From: Octopus vulgaris
Taxonomy: Eukaryota
DNA: 64,000 nucleotides
Reading direction: 5' to 3'
Assembly (NCBI GenBank): GCA_951406725.2
Contig: OX597818.1
Span: 31,992,001-32,056,000, forward strand
Positions 54,017 through 64,000 of this stretch are shown here, piece by piece (within the stretch, counting starts at the first letter, position 1; each line of letters starts with the position of its first letter). The position numbers were made by a program, and so were the translations under genes. Below the pieces are notes generated by a model. It ran no database searches. It was not told the DNA's origin and was given only the letters and a program-made list of their open reading frames with translations.

Positions 54017-54543
54017 GTATGTATAATATATCTTAGAAAGAAAATCATTTGATGGCGCCTCATTTTCGCTGTAATTGTCACATTTTTTCCAACCTTGTAT
54101 AGTAATCTCCAGAAATTTAATAATGAGGAGCCAATGTGCTTAATAACAATATTGGTTTCTCCTGAGTTTCTAGAACAGAGGGTGTGTAATCTTCTAAATC
54201 AGCTGAGTTGTTTTACTGGTGCTGATTTCAAAGACTCCAATACGGTCGGCAAATAGCATTTGAACTCAAAACACATAGAGAGAGTTAGCAATTAAATACG
54301 GTGTCAGGCAGCGTTCAGATTACTCAGTGCACTTTGTTCCATGCCTCTTCCACCATCTTTAAATCCCCTCCTCCACTTCATCTACCTTCTCTTCCTCCCC
54401 CTCATCATCATCATTATCGTCATCGTCATTGTCATCATCATTGTTATTATTATCATCATCATCGTCGTCACCGTGAATTTCATCGTCATCATCATCATCA
54501 TCATCATCATCGATACAATCATTAAAGTACTAACAAAAGCTTC

Positions 54544-54598
<55 letters not shown>

Positions 54599-55513
54599 AA
54601 CTACTACTACTACTACTTGTTGCAATGCTGGTCGTGCTAGTGCAGGATATTGTTGTTGTGGTTGATGTTGTAGTTACTGGAGGAGGATTAAGTGGAGGAA
54701 AAGGAAGAGGAAGAGGCAGAGAATTAAAAGTGAAACATGTGACGAAGAGGACAGAGTGTCTCTTTCTTCGCCTCTTTTGGAAGAGGCTTAATGAGAAAGA
54801 ATAAAAAGAGAACGAAAGAAATTAGAAACAATGAACGACTGAACCAAAGTGTCTCACAAAAATGAAATTTGACGATAATTACAATCGCAACCTGTTGGAA
54901 ACATTTCTCTCGCAGGCACTAAACTCGATTTTAATATATTGACAACGATAAAGTGTCGTCAGAAAGTCTGCGTGAAGCACTTGTGAAATTTTGTTAGCGA
55001 CAAAAATTGCTTAATTTCAATTTTCAATACACACACACTCACACACATGTATGTATGTATGTATGTATGTATGTATGTATGTATGTATGTATGTATGCAT
55101 GTATAGGTGAGCACAAGTGTGTACGTACGTCGCTGCGAATGTTCTATTCTACTCTGTTGCGTTTTTGTTCCTCCACACAAGCCAGCTAAATTTAATTGGT
55201 CCTTACTCGAAAGACACCTGTTGTTATGTCCTGTTATTATTTTTATTGTATTTGTGTAACATTGTTCGTTTTTTCTGTCCTTGTTTTTGTATACATTCGC
55301 TCTTTTCTTCCAAGGAATCTAATGCTCTTAGCTTAGTTCTTCCTTGAGGCTGGCCAGATTGGAGCAATCACGAGTATAATCAGACGAAATTGCTAAGATA
55401 ATCTGGTACTCGACTGAGGAAAGAAAACTTCGAATGATCCGTCCTTTGTTTCTTGGTATCGTCCATCTGGATGATTTGTTGTCTCATTTTTGTATTTCAT
55501 ATATATATATATA

Positions 55514-55737
55514 TAACGGGAAAGTTTACGAAAATAAACAAAAGGAGAAGGCAGATGGAGTACAAACAAACAAATGTATTAGTATAGCGCTCAGGAATAG
55601 AAATAGAAACAGACTTTTACGTTTCGAGCCTACGCTCTTCGACAGAAAGATAGACAGAAAAAAACAAGGAGAGAAAAAACGAGAGAAAAAACAAAGAGAG
55701 AAAAAAATGCGTGTAGAAGCTAACGATCTACCATGGC

Positions 55738-55738
<1 letters not shown>
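55514..55738 (-). mobile_element. ~225-bp HHR-bearing element inserted in (TA)n, distant relative of 11628-11840
   Basis: (TA)n on both sides; shares HHR layout and downstream ttcctgagcg..taatac..tttgtt..aacttt. Confidence 0.7.
55614..55649 (-). ncRNA. Minimal type I hammerhead motif (one core substitution)
   Basis: Minus strand: cttt-CTGTCGA-a-gagc(gtag)gctc-GAAA-cg-TA-aaag. Confidence 0.65.
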
Positions 55739-55776
<38 letters not shown>

Positions 55777-55825
55777 CATATATACGTACATATATATATG
55801 TATATATATATGTATGTGAGTGTGT

Positions 55826-55856
<31 letters not shown>

Positions 55857-55862
<6 letters not shown>

Positions 55863-56031
55863 CCTGCTCGCTTAGCCAGCGGGGTGGCGTCATTTGAAGG
55901 CTAAAACAATACGAAGTACATTGTGACCAGCGATGTGTAGCAACATCTGATAGCCTGGTCGATGACGGTGATCACAGTGACGGTGATCACAGTGACGGTG
56001 ATCACAGTGACGGTGATCACAGTGACGGTGA
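55857..56031 (+). mobile_element. Second copy of the 115-bp repeat with a 15-bp terminal minisatellite (tgacggtgatcacag)x4.6
   Basis: Matches 53522-53637; tandem units at 55963-56031. Confidence 0.7.
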
Positions 56032-56051
56032 TATATATATATATATATATA

Positions 56052-56260
56052 CTCTTTTACTTGTTTCAGTCATTTGATGTGGCCATGCTGGAGCATCGCC
56101 TTTAGTCGAGCAAATCGATCCCAGAACTTAATCTTTGTAAGCCTAGTACTTATTCTATCGGTCTCTTCTACTGAACTACTGGGTTACAGGGATGTAAACA
56201 CACCAGCATCGGTTGACAAGCGATGTTGGGTGTGACAAACACAGAGACACAAACGCATAC
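56052..56260 (-). mobile_element. SINE family A 3' half
   Basis: Tail and body match up to the internal microsatellite. Confidence 0.85.
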
Positions 56261-56307
56261 ATATATATATACATACATACATACATACATATATATATAT
56301 ATATATT

Positions 56308-56511
56308 CAAAATGTGACCGCGTGTGTACCGTTGTTGATTTTTTTCCTCTGTCTTCCCTTCTCTGGATCTTTCCTTCTATGTTTCCGACAAAGCGCTCCG
56401 CTCGAAACGTTAAATCCTCCTTCTTTCCTTCTTTCCTGAGCGTCCAATAATACAATATTTGTTCCACGTCCTCGCGTTGTTGTATTTTTTTGTGCTTTCT
56501 TGTTTGGATTA

Positions 56512-56516
<5 letters not shown>
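56308..56516 (+). mobile_element. Second copy of the 210-bp HHR-bearing (TA)n element; HHR at 56381-56415 degenerate
   Basis: Near-identical to 11628-11840; core reads CCGACAA and stem II has a mismatch. Confidence 0.75.
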
Positions 56517-56570
<54 letters not shown>

Positions 56571-57222
56571 CATGTGTGCGCGTGTGTGTGTGTGTGTGGT
56601 ATTTCTTTGTGTATGCTTTTATGAATATTTTGTCTTTATATTCTCGAGTATGTTTTGCGGTCTAATCATTACCAAATATAAATAAGAAAGGATCTTACAA
56701 CATTGTCTCTTATATTTTTTATCCAAAATTTTGCTTTTACTCCCAATTCGTTTCTCTCGATTTATCTCTCGGTCCTTTTCTGTCTCTTTTCAACCCTTTT
56801 CCCCTTAGCTCTGTATCCTTCACATGCCATATCGCCTCTTTTTATGCACACACCAATTGTCACAACCTCCTTTTGAAATACTCACATATATAAACACACA
56901 AACGAACAAATAACACATTTTATACTTTAATAACATATAACGCTGCAATTTTCACACCTTCTGGCGTTGCTGCATTACTCATCTAAATGCATATAAGCTC
57001 TTTGGAAACTGGATGTGTATCTAATGAAAACAACATACGTGCATACATACATACATAAATATATATATATATATACACAGGTATATATTTTTACACTTAT
57101 ATGTACAAATATCTCCATGCATTTATATATATGCATACATATATATATATATATTTATATAATATAAATAATTTATACATACATACATACACACACATAT
57201 ATATATATGTATATATATATAT

Positions 57223-57271
<49 letters not shown>

Positions 57272-57419
57272 GCATATAAATACAGTGTACATTTAAATGC
57301 ATGAGGTATCCATCATTAGGACTCCTTGCATGCTAGAGAGAACAGTTAAATACCCAACCACTTATAGGAAAAAAATTTCGAAGGAAATGAAAAATAAAAA
57401 AAACATTTACCATCTAACT

Positions 57420-57490
57420 CCTGGACCAATGGTTTCAGACTTTTTCTTAGCAAATAAAACAATTTGCTAGGTGAAGTTTCCTTCAGCAGG
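57420..57490 (-). ncRNA. Type I hammerhead ribozyme motif, GUC cleavage triplet
   Basis: Minus strand: cctg-CTGAAGG-aaactt..tagcaaat..atttgcta..aagtct-GAAA-ccattgg-TC-cagg. Confidence 0.7.
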
Positions 57491-57839
57491 TGCACCTTAG
57501 ATTAAATATATATACACGAGGGAATACAGTATATGCACCGTGCTTATACATTCTAATTTTTCAAATCTACCACGCAAGCGCTGCTCCTTCTCGGCAGTAA
57601 ATAAAAATGCCGGCTTTTCAATTCGAAAATTATCCAGAAAAAAATTATCAATAGTTAATAATATCGAAGGGTAATCAGAAATATTAGAAATTTACATTAC
57701 CAGTGGCCTAGCGTGTAAAAATTTAGTCAATAGACTATATATTATTCATATAAATACAGTGTACATTTAAGCACACAAGCGACATCCATCAGGACATATA
57801 CTGGATTGTCTCCTGTATATATATTCAATCTAAGGTGTA

Positions 57840-57912
57840 CCTGTTGAAGAAGACTTTGCCTAGCAAATTATTTTTTATTTACTTAAAAAAAGTCTGAAAC
57901 CATTGGTCCAGG
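57840..57912 (+). ncRNA. Type I hammerhead ribozyme motif, GUC cleavage triplet
   Basis: cctg-TTGAAGA-agacttt...aaagtct-GAAA-ccattgg-TC-cagg; consensus with the other copy restores CTGAAGA. Confidence 0.7.
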
Positions 57913-58344
57913 AGTTAGATGGTAAATGTTTTTATTTTTCATTCCCTTCGAAATTTTGTCCCCAATTGTGGTTTGGAATTTAACTGTTCTCTCTAGCGTG
58001 CAAGGAGTCCTAACGATGGCTGCCACTCATGTGCCTAAATGTACACGGTATTTATATGAATAATATATAGTCTATTGACTAAATTTTTACACGCTAGGCC
58101 ACTGGTAATGGAAATTTCCAATATTTCTGATTACCCTTTGATGTTATTAATTATATCTATGCATATATACATACATATATCTTCATACTTACATATATAT
58201 GTATATATGCATATATATATATATATACATATATACATGCACATATATATACATACATATATATATATGCATATATATATCTATATAATTTATATTATAC
58301 GATTGAACGCCACGCATCCATTTCTAAATAAGTTTATCTAAGTG

Positions 58345-60230
<1,886 letters not shown>

Positions 60231-60463
60231 GAAGAATGAGAGAAGTGGGGGGTTGGGAGACAATTGAGAGAGTGAGAGTGTTGAATTTGGAGAGAGGATT
60301 GTTAAAATCTCGAACGAATATGTTTCCTTTTCTTGAGTATCGCAGTTCAATACTCGCCTGAAAGCAATGACGATATCAGCATATAAAACACTACAACACA
60401 ATGAATGAATTTAAATGTATTGAAAAGAAAAGTAAGCTTTATGTCTCTCCATATTTATTTCAG

Positions 60464-60705
60464 TTACTTTGCTGTATACCGTATAAATAATACATTTGAT
60501 TTTTCCGGCGCCATTAAGATTTCATTGTAAGTTTCTATGAAATAGTTGTCGAGAAACTCGCTGGCATAGCTAGCTGCACGGTTAACGCGTTTGCATTGCG
60601 ACTCAGTGGATTCGAATTCTTTACTATAGCGCAGTAGTTTGGGTCCGAGAATTCTAAATACATCTTTGAGAATTCTAAATACATCTGCCTTGTGAGTGAA
60701 ATCTG
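60464..60705. other. Candidate exon (strand unresolved)
   Basis: Non-repetitive island. Plus strand has acceptor tatttatttcag| and donor CTG|GTAAGC but no open frame; minus strand has acceptor cttaccag| (60702), donor aaa|gtaact (60468) and an open frame. Confidence 0.25.
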
Positions 60706-61344
60706 GTAAGCACGAAGATACAAGAAACCCAGAGTATGTTTCTTGTAGTGTGTGTACCGATGATGTATATTGGCGAAGGCTGTAAACATCGATGAGAAAA
60801 AAACAACGAAAATTCAATTCGTTTTGAACATCGCTCCTTGTGACAACATGTCCTGCTGCGACAGACTAGCACGGTGGAATTTAAAAGTGGGTCCTTTCAG
60901 CTGTTATTTCTAGCATGTCATGTAACCCCATAGAAAATATTCCGTGACTCATGCGTCTGTAGGTTGATAATTGTACTAAAAATGCGTGTAAGGAAGGGTA
61001 TTTCAGCTGATTTTCATTTGAGATGTGGGGGACTCAGAGAAGTGGTTTGGAGTGAAATACTGTAGATATATTAAGAAAAGAAAAAAAAAGGACAGACACA
61101 TGGGGACAGTAGACAGCTTGCTGTCGATGGCTTTGTTGAAGTCAACAGCAATAACGTTGTTTTCATTGAAATTCTCAAGTGCAAGATACTAATTGTGTGA
61201 GACATACATATGAAAGCAGATCTCTGATTAATTTCGTTCTATGAGAATCTTACTGATGGCCACATGGACGGGAAGAATCTCAGACTGATAAATTAAGATA
61301 AAAAAAAAACAGCTTTCCCTTGTTTCCTTTTTCCTTCCAAACTG

Positions 61345-61860
61345 TAGCTGCTGCTGCTGTTTCTTCTTCTTCTTCTTCTTCTTCTTCTTCTTCTTCTTCT
61401 TCTTCTTCTTCTTCTTCTTCTTCTTCTTCTTCTTCTTCTTCTTTTTTCTTCATCTTCTTCTTCTTCTTCTTCATTTTCTTCTTCTTCTTCTTTTTCTTCT
61501 TCTTCTTCTTCTTCTTCTTCTTCTTCTTTTTTCTTCATCTTCTTCTTCTTCTTCATTTTCTTCTTTTTCTTTTTCTTCTTCTTTTCTTCTTCTTCTTCAT
61601 TTTCTTCATCTTCTTCTTTTTCTTCTTCTTCTTCTTCTTCTTCTTCTTCTTCTTCTTCTTCTCCTCCACCTTCTTCTTCTTCTTCTTCTTCTTCTCCTCC
61701 TCCACCTTCTTCTTCTTCTTCTTCTTCTTCTTCTTCTTCTCCTTCTTCTCCTCCTCCTCCTCATCATCATCATCATGACCATCACGACGACGACCACCTT
61801 CACCACCGTCACCACCACCACCACCACAACCATTATTATCAGTAGTACTAGTAGTAGTGT

Positions 61861-61892
<32 letters not shown>

Positions 61893-61915
61893 GTAGTAGT
61901 AGTGGTAGTAGTAGT
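61345..61915. repeat. Compound trinucleotide array (CTG/CTT/CCT/CAT/CAC/AGT)n
   Basis: Seen directly. Confidence 0.95.
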
Positions 61916-62419
61916 CTCAGCAGCTGCATTATTATTATAATGAAGGCGGCGAGGTGGTCGAATCATTAGTGCTTCTGTGACAAATTACTTAGAGGTATTT
62001 CTTCGAACCCTTTATGGTGTGACAGGTATATACGACTTCAACATGTAAAGGATGTAAAATAAAACTAGCATTGGCAAGATATGAATTCAGAAAGCAAAGG
62101 AGTATCAAGAACAATCCCTTCAATTCGCTGCTCATTTTTCTGTTTAAGTAATAATAATAGTTTCTAAGACGGTGAAACCTTTTATAAGTTTGAAATCGAT
62201 CGGTCGATTAAATCGAATTCAGTATTTCATTGGTATACATTTTATCGCTGCGCGGAGAAATGAAAGGCAAAAATCAACACCGAAGAGATATAAACATTTG
62301 TATCTTTGGCGTTGAGGCATTCATTATGACCATATATTTTTCATATCTGAAAACCCAAACTTTTATCATTGATTGTTAAATATTCTTGGCAAAAATGTTT
62401 CTTATTTTCTTTAGAGGTT

Positions 62420-62924
<505 letters not shown>

Positions 62925-63069
62925 TAGTATTTTGTAGATTTTATGTTTAACCGAAATGTTTCTATTTCACAGAGCAAAAAAGGAAATATATATAAGCAAA
63001 GCTTCTAGTTTATATTGATATGGCAAAAGCAATCTAAATTAAAATCTTACAACTTCAGTACAAATTTTA

Positions 63070-63590
63070 CTCAGGATGAAAGACAAAGTCGACCTCGGAG
63101 GGATTTGAACTTAGAACATAAACACGGACAAAATTTTTTCGCTGTGATAACGCTTCTGCCAACACATCACCTTCATAATAATATGGATCTCAAAATTTGG
63201 CTCAAGGCCAGCAATTGTCAGGGGAGCGGTTAAGTCGATAACATTGACCGCAGGATTCAACTGGTACTTATTTTATCGACCCTCAAAGGATCAAAGGCAA
63301 ATTCGATCCTACGGAATTTGAACTCAGACGCTAAGAATTTGTACTTAGAACTTAACGCTAGAGGAAATGCCACATTTTGCCGCCTTCAGTAATAGTAATA
63401 ATAATGGTTTCAAATTTTGGCACAAGACCAGTAATTTGGGGGCAAGGGATAAGTCGATTATATTGACCTAGTATCGACCCCGAAAGGATAAAAAGCAAAG
63501 TCGACCTCGGTGGAAATTGAACTTAGAATATATAGACAGACGAGCGGCCGCTAAACATTTTTCCCGGTGTGGTAACGATCCTCCAGTTAG
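63070..63590 (-). mobile_element. Cluster of about three degraded SINE B/B2 copies
   Basis: Repeated caaagtcgacctcgg..gaatttgaact and caaattttggcacaag motifs. Confidence 0.7.
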
Positions 63591-63634
63591 TAGCAGAAAT
63601 GGGTAGAGAAATATATGTGACTGAGCAGAGATTA

Positions 63635-63955
63635 GTAGATCAAGCTAATGCTATGAGAAGAAAGCGGATGACAGAATTGGAGATATAAGAGATCACAAGG
63701 GAACTGGAAAAGAAAGACTAGGCACTAGGAAAGACACACACAGTATCAGGGCTATCAAGAGTAATATGAAGGAAATTGGAATAGATTGCTCAGTAGAACT
63801 GTTACAAGAGTTTTACCTCCTCGACACGGCCAGAATAATCAGGAAAGTATTAGATAGATGAAAAGAACGAATAGCATGGCACCGCAGGCTGCAGGTAGTA
63901 AGCCCGATACGCATGCAAGACTCATGGAGCTCCAACAAAGCCTGGGATAAATAGA

Positions 63956-63990
<35 letters not shown>
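63635..63990 (+). mobile_element. Decayed RLE-type LINE 3' end followed by (TAA)n
   Basis: VELLQEFYLLDTARIIRKVLDR* resembles the C-terminus of the 15382-15768 ORF (IQKIVLIGTAHILRKIL); (TAA)n at 63957-63990. Confidence 0.6.
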
Positions 63991-63992
<2 letters not shown>

Positions 63993-64000
63993 TGATGACC

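Larger units (their letters stand above)
57273..58152. mobile_element. HHR-bearing partial-tandem plus inverted element (~474-nt unit) embedded in TA-rich microsatellite
   Basis: 57273-57535 is the reverse complement of 57795-58058; 57651-57790 is the reverse complement of 58016-58152; direct repeat catataaatacagtgtacatttaa at 57273 and 57747. Confidence 0.8.

Noticed and set aside
55405-55445. Possible hammerhead CTGAGGA-aag/ctt-cGAAT
   Set aside because: GAAA is broken and stems I and III cannot be formed convincingly.

Overview
AT-rich, gene-poor eukaryotic DNA (intronic or intergenic) made almost entirely of microsatellites and transposable elements. The repeat make-up suggests a coleoid cephalopod, probably Octopus (inference from recalled repeat content, not verified). 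No confident host CDS was found; nearly all ORFs in the track are translated microsatellites or decayed TE fragments. Identified content: (i) several tRNA-derived SINE families, one with an internal (TA)n(TG)n tract and one that inserts as TSD-flanked multimers, plus a set with shuffled heads and tails; (ii) LINE remnants: a CR1/L2-group RT whose 3' end matches the tail of the commonest SINE, RTE 3' ends, and RLE-endonuclease (R4/Dong-like) 3' ends in (TAA)n; (iii) mariner/Tc1 derivatives, a MITE and Helitron-type elements. The most notable signal is at least five or six unrelated short non-coding elements, all in or beside (TA)n-type microsatellites, each carrying a type I hammerhead ribozyme motif. 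Several are inverted or partially tandem, as expected for Penelope-like pseudo-LTRs or retrozymes. All alignments and folds were done by eye, and element boundaries are approximate.
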